Part shown: one piece after another, positions 1-10,112 of the stretch
Layout of the letters: each line of letters opens with the position of its first letter
How positions within the stretch are numbered: the first letter of the stretch is position 1
From: an uncultured Planctomycetia bacterium
GTDB taxonomy: Bacteria > Planctomycetota > MHYJ01 > WSZJ01 > CAZWCX01
DNA: 64,000 nt
Reading direction: 5' to 3'
NCBI GenBank assembly: GCA_964632945.1
Contig: CAZWCX010000005.1
Location: 9,305-73,304, forward strand
Position numbers and translations under genes: made by a program
The notes under the pieces: generated by a model
What the model was told of the DNA's origin: nothing
Database searches by the model: none
What the model saw: only the letters and a program-made list of their open reading frames with translations

Positions 1-6
1 CTGCGC

Positions 7-459
7 CTACCCCCCGGGCCCGGCCTCGGGCGGCAGGTATTCGAAGTACTCCTTCAGGTCCTGGATCTCGTGGTCCTTCTGTTCGAGCAGGCTGACGAGC
101 ACGTCCCGGAAACTGACTACGCCGGAAAGCCGGCCCGCATCGGTGATGGGGAGGTGTCGGCAACCAGTCTCGCGCATGATCCGGACTGCGTGGCGGACCG
201 TGTCCTCGCCCTCCACGCAGACGGGGTCCCGGGTCATCACGTCCCCCACGCGCGTGTGGGCGGCGTCCCGGCCTTCGGCGATCACCCGGAAGAGCGCATC
301 GCGCTCCGTGAAGATCCCCACGAGGTCCGCCCCCACCAGCACCGGAAGGGCGCCGATGCCGCGCTGCCTCATCAGGCTGGCGGCCTGCGCGACGGTGGCG
401 GTCGGGGTCGTGTGGGCCACGGTCTGGCCCTGAATGACCTTGTTCAGTTTCCGTTGCAT
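7..459 (-). CDS. CBS-domain pair protein
   Basis: C-terminal part of ORF 7..1125. ATG at 459 preceded by SD AGGAGG. Two CBS repeats (GIGALPVL..LVGIFTERD; CRHLPIT..LSGVVSFRD). Confidence 0.9.
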   Translation of the reverse strand: MQRKLNKVIQGQTVAHTTPTATVAQAASLMRQRGIGALPVLVGADLVGIFTERDALFRVIAEGRDAAHTRVGDVMTRDPVCVEGEDTVRHAVRIMRETGCRHLPITDAGRLSGVVSFRDVLVSLLEQKDHEIQDLKEYFEYLPPEAGPGG

Positions 460-710
460 ATACCCCTCCTGGATTGCGGTCGGGGCCCCGGGACGGAATC
501 GGGGGGCCGCCAACCTGGATTGGACCACACCGGATAGGGTCCGTTTCATCATCGCGTCGGCGGGTGGGCGCGGCGGAGGGAGGCTTGCGCTAGTAGTCTC
601 AGAATACCATCCGGACCGCGCGAGGTCAAGGCGGCTTCCGGGGCCCTCCGGCGGTCGTGCGCGCCGGGGGGAGCCCGCCGCGCGAACCCGGGCGGGACCC
701 GCGGAGAGGC

Positions 711-1097
711 TCAGGGCCACTCCTCGGCCGCCAGCCCGCCCTCGCACCAGGCCGTCCAATCGAAGCGTCGAGGATCGGCGATCAACTCGAGCGATCGCTG
801 CGCCCAGCGGGCGAGTCGCGGATCCTCGAGCTGGCGGGCGCGCTCGAGATGAGGCGAGAGGATCCGGCGCGCCGCCTCGCCACCCTCGAAACGGACGGCG
901 TCGCCCGTCAGCAGGTAGAGGCACTTCAAAAAAAAGATCCGATTCGGACAGGCGGGGTCGGCGGCCAACCGGAGGAAGAGGTCGGCGCGATCGAGGTCCG
1001 TGATCGTCACCGCCCACTCCTGGACCGGTTCGACGGCGTCCGGGTCGTAGGCCCACTCCACGAGCTCGTCGGCGGTGGGGTTGAAGGGATCGTTCAC
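711..1097 (-). CDS. Hypothetical protein (128 aa)
   Basis: ORF with normal globular composition (NPTADELVEWAYDPD...CPNRIFFLKCLYLLTGD), unlike the Arg/Pro-rich shadow frames. Function not recognised. Confidence 0.7.
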   Translation of the reverse strand: MNDPFNPTADELVEWAYDPDAVEPVQEWAVTITDLDRADLFLRLAADPACPNRIFFLKCLYLLTGDAVRFEGGEAARRILSPHLERARQLEDPRLARWAQRSLELIADPRRFDWTAWCEGGLAAEEWP

Positions 1098-1216
1098 GGT
1101 GGGCTCCAGACGGCGATGAAACCATGCTAGAGGCGATCGCGGGACCCTGTCAATGCCGGAAGGGCTGAAGCGGCAGCCCGGAACGCGGACCCGGGAGTTC
1201 GACCCGTTCCGGGCGC

Positions 1217-1245
1217 TTGATCCCCGGCCCGGGTTGCGCTAACGT
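1217..1245 (+). promoter_or_regulatory. Possible sigma70 promoter
   Basis: TTGATC-N17-TAACGT, 32 nt upstream of ATG 1278. Confidence 0.35.
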
Positions 1246-1277
1246 GGACGGGCGGAAATCGAAGGGAGAGGTGCGGA

Positions 1278-1841
1278 ATGCCGATCGCGATCCAATGCTC
1301 CTGCGGGAAGACTCTGCGCGCGCGCGAAGAACAGGCCGGGCGGCGCGTCAAGTGTCCGCACTGCGGGGCTCCCCTGCTGATCCCCGCCGCGACGTCTCCG
1401 GCACCCCCCGGGGGCGCGGGGGACTCGGACACCGACTTTCCCGAAGCGGGCGCGGCCGCCGCGGTCCGCCCGGCCGCGGCCCCGCCCCCCGCCGACCCCG
1501 ACCCGGCCGGCGCGCCCGCGACGGACGAGGACCGTGAGGATGCCCCGGCCGCGGCGGGCGGCTTCCTGGGCGGGATGAAGGCCAAGGTGCAGGCCACGGT
1601 CCAGGCAGGCAAGGAGGAGGCGCAACGACAGGCCCGCCGCGCGCAGATCGCCCTCGAGGTCTCCGAGAAAAAAAAGGAGCTTGAGGAAGTGTACGCACGG
1701 ATCGGCGAAAAGGTGTTCGAAGACCCGGAACTCCGCGCGCTCGTGAACATGGAAGACGTCCTCGGGCAGATCGAGAAACTCGATGCCGAACTGAGGGTGG
1801 CGGAGGACGAGGCGGAGGAGATCCGCCGGAGGCTGGAGTAG
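1278..1841 (+). CDS. Zinc-ribbon protein with acidic linker and coiled-coil C-terminus
   Basis: N-terminal CxC-x18-CxxC (QCSCGK...KCPHCG), a ribbon common in planctomycetes. SD GGAGAGG. Confidence 0.8.
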   Translation: MPIAIQCSCGKTLRAREEQAGRRVKCPHCGAPLLIPAATSPAPPGGAGDSDTDFPEAGAAAAVRPAAAPPPADPDPAGAPATDEDREDAPAAAGGFLGGMKAKVQATVQAGKEEAQRQARRAQIALEVSEKKKELEEVYARIGEKVFEDPELRALVNMEDVLGQIEKLDAELRVAEDEAEEIRRRLE

Positions 1842-1842
1842 C

Positions 1843-2460
1843 ATGACGGATCCGGCCCCCGCCCACCCGCGCGCGCTCTTGTCCCGCCTCGAATTCCGCA
1901 TTCGCAACCTCGAGGCCAAGCGCAAGGGGCTTTGCGGCCGGATCGGCCGCGCCTTGTTCGAGCGCGGACCGACGACGCCTCCGCAGCGCCGGGTGGCGAA
2001 GGACTTCGAGGCGGCGCGACAGGGACTGGCGGCGGTGGCCGCGCTCGAGGCGGAAGACGTCGCGCTGGCCGCGGACTCCGCCGGCACCTCGCGCGGGGCC
2101 CGGCTGGCCCACTCGCTGGCGCAGGTGACCGGGAAGGGGCGGGACTACGCCCGCTCGGTCCAGGTCGAGTCGCGGCAGAAGAAACTCCTCCGCGAGCGCG
2201 CCGAGTGCCTGGCGCGCCTGGGGCGCGCCTTGTCCGCAAAACGAGAGGAAGTGCACGACGAGCGGATCGACCGGATGCTCGCCCAGGCGGACTTGCTGGA
2301 AGCAGAACTCGCCGGCCGCGACGTGGAAGCCCGCACTCTCCAGGAGCAATCGGCTTCGATGGATCCCGCGCTGCGCAAGCGGGTCTATTGGATTGCCGCC
2401 GGGATCGGCGTCCTGTTGCTGGCCTTGTGCTGGTGGATCGCGCTCTCGGTGGTCTTCTGA
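1843..2460 (+). CDS. Coiled-coil protein with C-terminal transmembrane anchor
   Basis: Starts 1 nt after the previous stop. Helical charged body, hydrophobic tail VYWIAAGIGVLLLALCWWIALSVVF. Confidence 0.7.
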   Translation: MTDPAPAHPRALLSRLEFRIRNLEAKRKGLCGRIGRALFERGPTTPPQRRVAKDFEAARQGLAAVAALEAEDVALAADSAGTSRGARLAHSLAQVTGKGRDYARSVQVESRQKKLLRERAECLARLGRALSAKREEVHDERIDRMLAQADLLEAELAGRDVEARTLQEQSASMDPALRKRVYWIAAGIGVLLLALCWWIALSVVF

Positions 2461-2560
2461 CCGCGACGCGCCGGCGCCGACGGTCTTCTCCCGGGCCACC
2501 CTGCTTCGGTTGCTCCGGGCGTCCCCGCGAACGACGAGGGGATTCCGCGCGCGCCGGCGT

Positions 2561-3004
2561 CTACCTCTTGGCGGGAGGAAGGCGCGTCCCGAGAGGCGGT
2601 TCCGCCAGCAGCGTCAGCCCCGGGTCCAATTCCGCGGCCAGGTCGAGCAGCAGGTAGGTGTGACAGGCGCGATCGGGAGTGCGGTACGGGCACATGCACA
2701 TCAGGTAGACGTCGCCGGAGCGCGCTTCCCGGACCAGGACCCGCAGCGCATCGAGCGCGCCGGGGCGCGCGCGAAACTCCTCCCGGTAGCGCCGGCGATA
2801 GTCGATCCGGCGGCACGCCTCCGCATGCGCCTCCCCCGAGGACACCCCGGCTGCGCGGAGGCGCAGTTTTTCTTCGTGGAAGTCGCGCAGGAGTTCTTCC
2901 GAGGGCGCCAGGATCTTGAGTCCGCGGGTCCCGCGGCGCATGACCGGGACCCTCCGGGCGCCCGGCGGCGTCGGGGCGAAGCGGGTGATTCGACCCAGTC
3001 CCAT
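2561..3004 (-). CDS. DUF488-family-like protein
   Basis: LAPSEELL...YRRRYREE...VYLMCMC....ACHTYLL pattern, recalled as typical of DUF488. Confidence 0.65.
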   Translation of the reverse strand: MGLGRITRFAPTPPGARRVPVMRRGTRGLKILAPSEELLRDFHEEKLRLRAAGVSSGEAHAEACRRIDYRRRYREEFRARPGALDALRVLVREARSGDVYLMCMCPYRTPDRACHTYLLLDLAAELDPGLTLLAEPPLGTRLPPAKR

Positions 3005-3123
3005 GACGGTCCTCGCGACAGCCAGAGGGCATTGTGCCGGACCGTGACCGGTCCGTCAATCCGCGACGCCCGGACCCGGAAATTCGTTTCCGATCGAACC
3101 GCGGATGTGGGAAAATTCACGCC

Positions 3124-6100
3124 ATGTCCAGCACGCCTCCCGTCGACCCCCCCCAGGCCGAGACGCGTGCGCCCGGCGCGACCAGAACGGGCCCGCCTTC
3201 CGGCACAGATTTTCCGTTCGGCCGATTCCGGTTGCTTGAACGACTGGGCGCCGGGGGCATGGGGATCGTCCATCGTGCCTGGGATCCGAAACTCGGACGG
3301 CACGTCGCGCTCAAGCGCCTGCGCGTCGACGGGGACTCCGGCATCGAAGTCGCCCGTTTCCTGCGGGAGGCGCGGGTGGCGGCGCGGCTGCGTCATCCCG
3401 GCATCGTCCAGGTTCACGACTCCCTGGAGGTCGACGGTGCGCCGGCGATCGTCATGGAGTGGGTGCAAGGCTGCACCCTGGAGACGTGGCTGGCCGGGAA
3501 TCCGGCCGTGGGGGAGGAATCCCTGCGCCGGCGCGTCGGGTTGCTGCTCGGGATTGCCGAGGCCGTGGGGCACGCTCATGGGGAGGGGGTGATCCACCGG
3601 GATCTGAAGCCGGCGAACGTGCTGATCGACGATCAGGGTCGGCCGCGCGTTGCGGATTTCGGGTTGGCGAGGCGCCTCCCTTTCGCCGGGGGGATGGAGT
3701 CCGCGCCCGCGGCGGCCTTGACCGAGGCCGCCACGGTCCTGGGGACTCCCGCGTACATGAGCCCGGAGCAGGCGCGGGGCGAGTCCGACGGCATCGGTCC
3801 CCGCTCCGACGTCTGGTCCCTCGGCGTGATGCTCTACGAGATGATCACGGGACGGCCGCCGTTCCAACGGGAGAACGGTTGGCGTACGCTCGAAGCCGTG
3901 GCACGGGAGGAGGTCACGCCCCCGTCCGCGACGACCCCCCGGGTATCGCCCCCGCTCGAGGCGATTTGCCTGCGCGCCCTGCACCGGGACCCGGAGCGGC
4001 GCTACAGGGACGGCAAAGCGTTCGCCGACGATCTGCGTCGTTGGCTTGTGGGGGAGTCGGTGCAGGCGGGGCCGGGGGGGCGCGAGTACCGGGCGCGCGT
4101 GTGGATCCAGACCCGACGTCCTGCGCTGGCGGGCGCCCTGGTCGTCGCGATGGCGATCGTCGGCCTGACGGTCTGGGGAATCGCAGGTTCCGGACGACGG
4201 ATGCAGGAGGCGCTCCAGGTCGAAGCGGCGGAGTCGGTGACGTCCTTCGAGGACCGCGTACGTTCGATCGAGATGACCGTCGACGCACGCCGCGACCTTG
4301 CGCGACAGCCGCTGGCGCTGCTCGATCGCTGGATCGCCGAGGGCCCGGACGCCGGGGTCGGCCATGCGTGGCGCGGGCAGGTGCGCCTTCTGCTGGGCGA
4401 CGAAGCGGGCGCCGCGGCCGACTTCGAGCAGGCCTGCCGCCGCTCGCCGGAACGCTGGGAGCCGTGGTGGGTGCGGGGATTCTGGCGCATGGAGCAGTAC
4501 CTGTCGCTCCGCGGTCTGTCTGCATTCCGGATGACGGAGACGGGCGTCGAATCCGACCCCGCGCGCGCGGAGAGCGGCGAGGAAGCCGGCCTGCGGGTCT
4601 CCGCCCTGGCCGACCTCGGGCGCATGGTCCGCTGCTCCGCTGCCGGCGCCGCGGGGAACGACGAGCGGTTGAAGATGGCGCAGGCGCTGGCCGCCCTCGG
4701 TCAGGGGGATGCGGCGGGCTACAGGGAGGCGCTCACACGGCTCGAAGGGTTGAATCTGCCGCGGTCGCACAGGATTCGCGGTCGGGCACTGCATCAGTTG
4801 GGTCGATTCGAAGAGGCGGAAGAAGCCTACACCCGGGTGCTGGAGCGATGGCCCGAGGATGCGGACGCCTGGCGGTCCCGCGCCGTCAGCCGGAATGTTG
4901 CCGGGGTCCTGGCGGCGCAACGCGGGACCGAGCCGCAGGCCCTCCTGGAACGCGCGGAGGCCGACTTCGGCGAGGCCATCCGGTGCGAGCCCGACGAGTC
5001 GGCGGCGTATCTGGGTCGCGCCAACCTCCGGACCTGGCGGGTCAAGGTCCGAATCGACCGCGCGGAAGATCCGACCGGGGCGTTGCAGGAAGCGGAGGAA
5101 GATCTCTTCGAGGCGGGACGCCGGGGAGCCCCGGAGTGGCGCGTGGTCCGGCTGCAAGGTCAGCTTCTGCTCCTCGCGGCCGAATGGGACCGAATCCAGC
5201 ACCGCTCGGCTCGCACCCACATCGAAAGGGCGATCGAGGAGTTCGAGCGCGCGGCGCGGAGCGGTCCCGAGCCCGGGATCGACCGCCTCCTCCAGTCGCG
5301 TGCCTACGTGGCGCTGGCCGCCGATGAGATCGCGGCGCGGCAGGATCCACGCGCGACGTTCGACAAGGCCCTGGCCGCCGTCGACGAAGCCTGCGCGCTC
5401 CTCCCGACCCGCGGCGAGCCCTTGGCGGAACGCGGCGAGATGCGCTTCTCGATGGCGATCGCCGCGGTCCTGTTCGGGCGCGATCCGGTCCCCTTCCTGG
5501 GGCCGGCGATGGAGGATCTCGCCGCCGCGCTGAAGATCCGGCCCGGAGCCGTAAAGACGCTGCGCATCCGCGCCCGTGCGCGCGCCCTTCGCGCCCGGTA
5601 CGAGGACCGGGAACGCGCCGACCTCCACCGCGAAGTCCGCGCCAGCCTGGAAGACCTGGATGCCGTCCTCGCGGTGCTGCCTTCGGATGCCGATCTCCTG
5701 CAGGATCGGGCGCAGATGTGTCTGCGGCTCGGCGAACTCGAAGCATCGTTCGGCGGGGATCCGCGTCCGCACTACCGGTCTGGCGTAACCGCCATCGAGC
5801 GGTTGGAAGGGGCTCCGGTCCGCCAGCCCGGACCGCTGCTCGCGACGCTCGGAGCGCTGCGCTGGCGGCTTGCGCAGGCGGAAGCGGTGCGAGGGGGCGA
5901 TCCCGGCGCTGGATGGACCCGGGCCGTGGCGGACTTGCTGACGGCCCGCGGCCGTTTCGGGTTCGAGACCGGTCACACGCTGGGCCGACTTTACCGGACC
6001 CTCGGTCGATGGGGCGAGGCGGCAGGGGAGTTCGAGCGATTCGGCGGGACCCGGGGCGGATCCCCTGAAGTGGGGCGGGTCCTGGCGGAGGAGTGCCGCG

Positions 6101-6531
6101 CGCTCGACTGGGCCGGCGGCCGGGGATGGGCGGCAGCCTGGCGGCGCGGGGACGAGGCCTTGGCCGGGGGGGACCCCGCGGCGGCCTGGCGGGAGTACGA
6201 GACGGCCGCCGCCGGTCTCTTCGAAGACGTCGGCGGGCTTCCGGAAGCGGAACGGGATCCGCGCCAACGGCCCACGCCGCTGCGGGTCGCCTCGACGGCC
6301 GTGTCGCTTGGCCTGGCTCGCGCCGCAGCGGTGCTGGCCCACGGGGGCGAGGCTTCCGGCGAACCCGCCCGGGCGTCTGATCCGGCCGCACGAGAGCAAT
6401 GGCTCGATCGGATGCTCGAGCATTTGCAGGATGCCTGCGAGCAGGGCGCCGAGATCGCGATGTGGGGCGACGATCCGGTGTTCGCGCCGTTCGCGGAGGA
6501 CCCCCGGTTCCGAAATCTGCGGAGGCGCTGA
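3124..6531 (+). CDS. Ser/Thr protein kinase (Hanks type) with TM segment and TPR-like C-terminus
   Basis: GAGGMG, VALK, HRDLKPANVL, DFG and GTPAYMSPEQ motifs; TM LAGALVVAMAIVGLTVWGIA; helical repeats. Start placed at ATG 3124. Confidence 0.93.
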   Translation: MSSTPPVDPPQAETRAPGATRTGPPSGTDFPFGRFRLLERLGAGGMGIVHRAWDPKLGRHVALKRLRVDGDSGIEVARFLREARVAARLRHPGIVQVHDSLEVDGAPAIVMEWVQGCTLETWLAGNPAVGEESLRRRVGLLLGIAEAVGHAHGEGVIHRDLKPANVLIDDQGRPRVADFGLARRLPFAGGMESAPAAALTEAATVLGTPAYMSPEQARGESDGIGPRSDVWSLGVMLYEMITGRPPFQRENGWRTLEAVAREEVTPPSATTPRVSPPLEAICLRALHRDPERRYRDGKAFADDLRRWLVGESVQAGPGGREYRARVWIQTRRPALAGALVVAMAIVGLTVWGIAGSGRRMQEALQVEAAESVTSFEDRVRSIEMTVDARRDLARQPLALLDRWIAEGPDAGVGHAWRGQVRLLLGDEAGAAADFEQACRRSPERWEPWWVRGFWRMEQYLSLRGLSAFRMTETGVESDPARAESGEEAGLRVSALADLGRMVRCSAAGAAGNDERLKMAQALAALGQGDAAGYREALTRLEGLNLPRSHRIRGRALHQLGRFEEAEEAYTRVLERWPEDADAWRSRAVSRNVAGVLAAQRGTEPQALLERAEADFGEAIRCEPDESAAYLGRANLRTWRVKVRIDRAEDPTGALQEAEEDLFEAGRRGAPEWRVVRLQGQLLLLAAEWDRIQHRSARTHIERAIEEFERAARSGPEPGIDRLLQSRAYVALAADEIAARQDPRATFDKALAAVDEACALLPTRGEPLAERGEMRFSMAIAAVLFGRDPVPFLGPAMEDLAAALKIRPGAVKTLRIRARARALRARYEDRERADLHREVRASLEDLDAVLAVLPSDADLLQDRAQMCLRLGELEASFGGDPRPHYRSGVTAIERLEGAPVRQPGPLLATLGALRWRLAQAEAVRGGDPGAGWTRAVADLLTARGRFGFETGHTLGRLYRTLGRWGEAAGEFERFGGTRGGSPEVGRVLAEECRALDWAGGRGWAAAWRRGDEALAGGDPAAAWREYETAAAGLFEDVGGLPEAERDPRQRPTPLRVASTAVSLGLARAAAVLAHGGEASGEPARASDPAAREQWLDRMLEHLQDACEQGAEIAMWGDDPVFAPFAEDPRFRNLRRR

Positions 6532-6532
6532 A

Positions 6533-9500
6533 ATGGAGCCGGTCTGCGAGACTTGCGAAACCCCGTTGCACGCAGGCGTGTGCCCGCGATGCGAGCCGGC
6601 GCCGGAGGAGGTGGCGGCAACGGTTCGTCGGAATGGGGCGCCTCCCCCCAAGGGTCCGGCGGAGCCATCGGCTCCTTCCTTCGCCTTCGCCGAAACGCAA
6701 CTCCGAGGCGCCGGTTCGCCGCCCGCCACGAATCCCCAGCGGTCGGACGTCGAGGCCACGGCGCTCGACCCTCCCGGCTTGGAAACCTGCCTCGCTTCCG
6801 GCCCTGATTCCGGAGCGGCCGATGCGCAGACCCGGTTCCCGTCCGGGGCGTCCTGGTTGCCCGCTACCCCCGCCCCGCAAGGCAAGAAGTTCGGCCGGTA
6901 CGTGTTGCTCTCGGTCCTCGGGCACGGCACCATGGGGGTGGTGTATCGGGCCTTCGATTCCCAGCTCGGTCGTATGGTGGCGCTCAAGCAGTTGCTGAGG
7001 GAGGAAAATCCGGAGCTCGAAGAGCGTTTCCAGCGGGAGGCGCGCCTCTCGGCCCGACTCCGCCACCCGAATGTCGTACCGGTCCATGACGTCGGCCGCG
7101 AGGAGGGTCGACTCTATCTCGCCATGGAGTTCGTCGAGGGGCGCACCCTCGCGGCGTGGCTGGGGGAGACTCGGGACCTGAAGCGGGCGGGGGATCCGCG
7201 CGGGACGGAGCGGTTGCGCCGCGAAGTCGAGGTCCTGGGGATGGTGGCGGATGCGCTCGGCCATGCGCACGCCCTGGGAGTGGTGCATCGGGACCTCAAG
7301 CCGGGAAACATCCTGCTGGACCGCGAGGGGCGTCCCTATGTCACCGACTTCGGCCTTGCCATGGACGTCGTTCCGTGGAACCGCGAGGAAGGGCCCGGGG
7401 CGGAGCGCATGACCCGCTCCGGACAACTGCTCGGGACGCCGGCCTACATGAGCCCGGAACAGGCTCATGCCCAGTCGGGCACGATTGGTCCGCGCGCCGA
7501 CGTGTGGGCCCTCGGGGTGATCCTCTACGAGGTCCTGACCGGACACCTCCCCTTCGGCGGGAAGACCGCCTGGGACATGATGGCGGCCGTGAAGACGAGG
7601 GAGCCCGCGCCGCCTCGGCAGTTGCGCCCCGAGGTTCCCGGCGACCTCGAGCGGGTCTGCATGGCGGCACTGGTCAAGGAGCCCTCGCGGAGGACCCCGA
7701 CCGCCACGGCCTTCGCCGAGGATCTGCGGCGGTGGTTGAAGGGCGAACCGGTTACGGCATCTCCGCCCGGGCTGGCGTATCGCGGGGCCCGCTGGGCCCG
7801 ACGCCGGATCGCGTGGCTGACGGGCGCAACCGTCCTGGTCCTGTTGGTGGGGTCGGCGATCGTCTCGGTTCACCTCGAGCATCTCCGCGAGGCCGAACGG
7901 CGCCGCTCCGCCCTCGCCCAAGGAGCGGCCGCCGTCCTGCGATTCCAGCGCGAGGTCATGCGCACGCCGATGTCGCAGGACGCCCGCCTGGAACTGGCGC
8001 GGCAGCCCCTCGATGCCTTGTCCAGGATCCCTCCGGGCGATCCGCTGCATGGTTGTGCACTGGCCTGGCGGGCGTGGGTGACACTCCTGTTGGAGGGGCG
8101 GGACGAGACGGTCCGGGAGTTCGACCGGGCCTGCGCCCTGTCGCCCGAGGCCGCCGTTCCATGGCGCCTGCGCGGGCTGTTCCGGCTGGACACCTATGCC
8201 GGCCTGCGCGGGTTGCCGATGAGACGCCTCGGCCCGCTCGGGCTGGACTCCCCCGTCGTGGGGCCCGAGACCGACGAACTGCGCGAACTGCGGGAGGGCG
8301 GTCTTGCCGACCTGGCCCGCGCGCAGGCGCTCGATCCGCGGGACTCGATCGAGGAGATGAACATGGCCCGTGCCCTCGCGGCCGGTTACTCCGGTCGTCC
8401 GGGCGGATGGGAGGAAGCGTTGCGGCTCATGGGCGACGCCGTGTCGGTGCGAACCCACCGCCTGCGCGGGCTCGCGTTCTTCCAGCTCCGTCGCTTTCCG
8501 GAGGCCGTGGTGGAGTTCGGGCACGCGCTGGCCGAGTGGCCCCAGGATCCCGATCTGCATTTTCACCTCGCGCAGTCCCTTCAAGCGACGGCCATCGAGG
8601 CGATGTTGCGCGGCGAGGATCCGGAGCCGCTGTACGGGGAGGCGATCGAGGGGTACGAACGGGCCTCTCGACTGAATTCGAACAAGAGTGCGACCTACCT
8701 TGGACAGCAGGCGGTCGCCTGGATGGAGCTCGGGCTCTCGCGGGTCGCGCGGGGGATTGATCCCCGCGAGGTCTATCGCAAGTCGATCGTCACCCTGCGG
8801 CCCCTGGCGCGTCCGTCGTCGGTGTCCCCCTTTGCCTCGTTCGGGCGGCTCCAATTGGGATTGGTCCTTCGATTGCTCGGCGAAGCGGAGGGCGATTGCG
8901 GCGGGGACCCGCGACCACACTTCCTCGAGGCCATCGCGTCGCTCGACGAGGAGATCGCTCTTTTCCCCGACAACCTGGACGCGCGCAACGCCCGCGGGAA
9001 CGCCTGGCAACGACAGGGGGAGTACACGCGCGACGGGGAGTCGGAAGCCGCCTTCGGGCGCGCCCTGCAGGATTTCGATGCCGCCGTGCGCATGGCGCCC
9101 GACTCCCATCAATCCCTGACGAACCGGGCCTCGTTGCGAGTCAGCATGGCCCGCGCCGCGACCGATCGGGGCGTGGACGTGCGTCCCTGGCTCGAGGCGG
9201 CGATCCGCGACGCCGAGGCGGCCACGAAGACGAGCCCCGGGTCCTTCGGCGGATTTCAGAATCGCGCGGCCGCGCGCCTGATGTCGGCGAAGGAGGCGCT
9301 GCGCCGGGCCGAGGAGCCGTCCGCGCTCCTCGACGGGGCGGCGGAAGACTTCGACGCTGTCCTCGCGTTGAATCCGCGCCACCGGAGCGCCCGTCGCGGC
9401 CGCGGACAAGCGCGATTGCTGAAGGCCTGGCTGCTCCTCAGTCGCAACGGCGACGCAGCGGCGGCGCTGGCGTCCTCTCTGGCGGACCTGGAAGCCGCGG

Positions 9501-10096
9501 CCCGGGGCGAGGATCCCGACGCGACGCCGACATGGATCCAGGCATTGCGCGCCGCGGGCCGGGTCCGCGAGGCGATCCGGGTCGTGGAGTCCTACCGGGA
9601 CGCGCGCGGCGACCGGGCCGCCTGGGCCCGCGGTCGCTTGAACGCCCTGGAGCCGCTGGTTCGATACGAAGGCGAGCCGTGGGTCGCCCTGCATCTGGCC
9701 GGCCGCGACATGGCCTACGACGGGATCCGCCTCGTCTCGAGCGCGCTGCTCGAGCGGGCGCTCGCGGACGAGGCGCGCGTTCGAGAGCGGCTCTCGCCCG
9801 CCGACCTCGGCACGCGCGCCGCCGATCCGGGCCTGCGCGTCGTGCAGGCGGGGGATCGATACAATCTGGCCTACGCCGCCGTTCTGGATGCGGCCGGGAA
9901 GACGGATCCCCGGCTCCCGGCGGTGCGGGAGGTCACGGAGGTGGAGCGCAGCGCGCACGTCGACCGCGCCTTCGCGTTGCTGACGGAGGCCGTGCGCGCG
10001 TTTCCGGCGTACCGCAGCGACATCGCCGACGATCCGTATCTGGAACCGTTGCGAGGCGACCCGCGATTTGCGGCTCTGCTCGCCGAGGGAGAGTGA
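6533..10096 (+). CDS. Ser/Thr protein kinase with TM segment and TPR-like C-terminus
   Basis: ATG 1 nt after the kinase 1 stop. N-terminal CxxC-x8-CxxC; GHGTMG, HRDLKPGNIL, DFG, GTPAYMSPEQ; TM; TPRs. Confidence 0.93.
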   Translation: MEPVCETCETPLHAGVCPRCEPAPEEVAATVRRNGAPPPKGPAEPSAPSFAFAETQLRGAGSPPATNPQRSDVEATALDPPGLETCLASGPDSGAADAQTRFPSGASWLPATPAPQGKKFGRYVLLSVLGHGTMGVVYRAFDSQLGRMVALKQLLREENPELEERFQREARLSARLRHPNVVPVHDVGREEGRLYLAMEFVEGRTLAAWLGETRDLKRAGDPRGTERLRREVEVLGMVADALGHAHALGVVHRDLKPGNILLDREGRPYVTDFGLAMDVVPWNREEGPGAERMTRSGQLLGTPAYMSPEQAHAQSGTIGPRADVWALGVILYEVLTGHLPFGGKTAWDMMAAVKTREPAPPRQLRPEVPGDLERVCMAALVKEPSRRTPTATAFAEDLRRWLKGEPVTASPPGLAYRGARWARRRIAWLTGATVLVLLVGSAIVSVHLEHLREAERRRSALAQGAAAVLRFQREVMRTPMSQDARLELARQPLDALSRIPPGDPLHGCALAWRAWVTLLLEGRDETVREFDRACALSPEAAVPWRLRGLFRLDTYAGLRGLPMRRLGPLGLDSPVVGPETDELRELREGGLADLARAQALDPRDSIEEMNMARALAAGYSGRPGGWEEALRLMGDAVSVRTHRLRGLAFFQLRRFPEAVVEFGHALAEWPQDPDLHFHLAQSLQATAIEAMLRGEDPEPLYGEAIEGYERASRLNSNKSATYLGQQAVAWMELGLSRVARGIDPREVYRKSIVTLRPLARPSSVSPFASFGRLQLGLVLRLLGEAEGDCGGDPRPHFLEAIASLDEEIALFPDNLDARNARGNAWQRQGEYTRDGESEAAFGRALQDFDAAVRMAPDSHQSLTNRASLRVSMARAATDRGVDVRPWLEAAIRDAEAATKTSPGSFGGFQNRAAARLMSAKEALRRAEEPSALLDGAAEDFDAVLALNPRHRSARRGRGQARLLKAWLLLSRNGDAAAALASSLADLEAAARGEDPDATPTWIQALRAAGRVREAIRVVESYRDARGDRAAWARGRLNALEPLVRYEGEPWVALHLAGRDMAYDGIRLVSSALLERALADEARVRERLSPADLGTRAADPGLRVVQAGDRYNLAYAAVLDAAGKTDPRLPAVREVTEVERSAHVDRAFALLTEAVRAFPAYRSDIADDPYLEPLRGDPRFAALLAEGE

Positions 10097-10112
10097 TCAC
10101 GGGAGGTCGAAG

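Noticed and set aside
6529-6535. Readthrough fusion of kinase 1 and kinase 2
   Set aside because: Different frames, and kinase 1 ends with its terminal cap motif.
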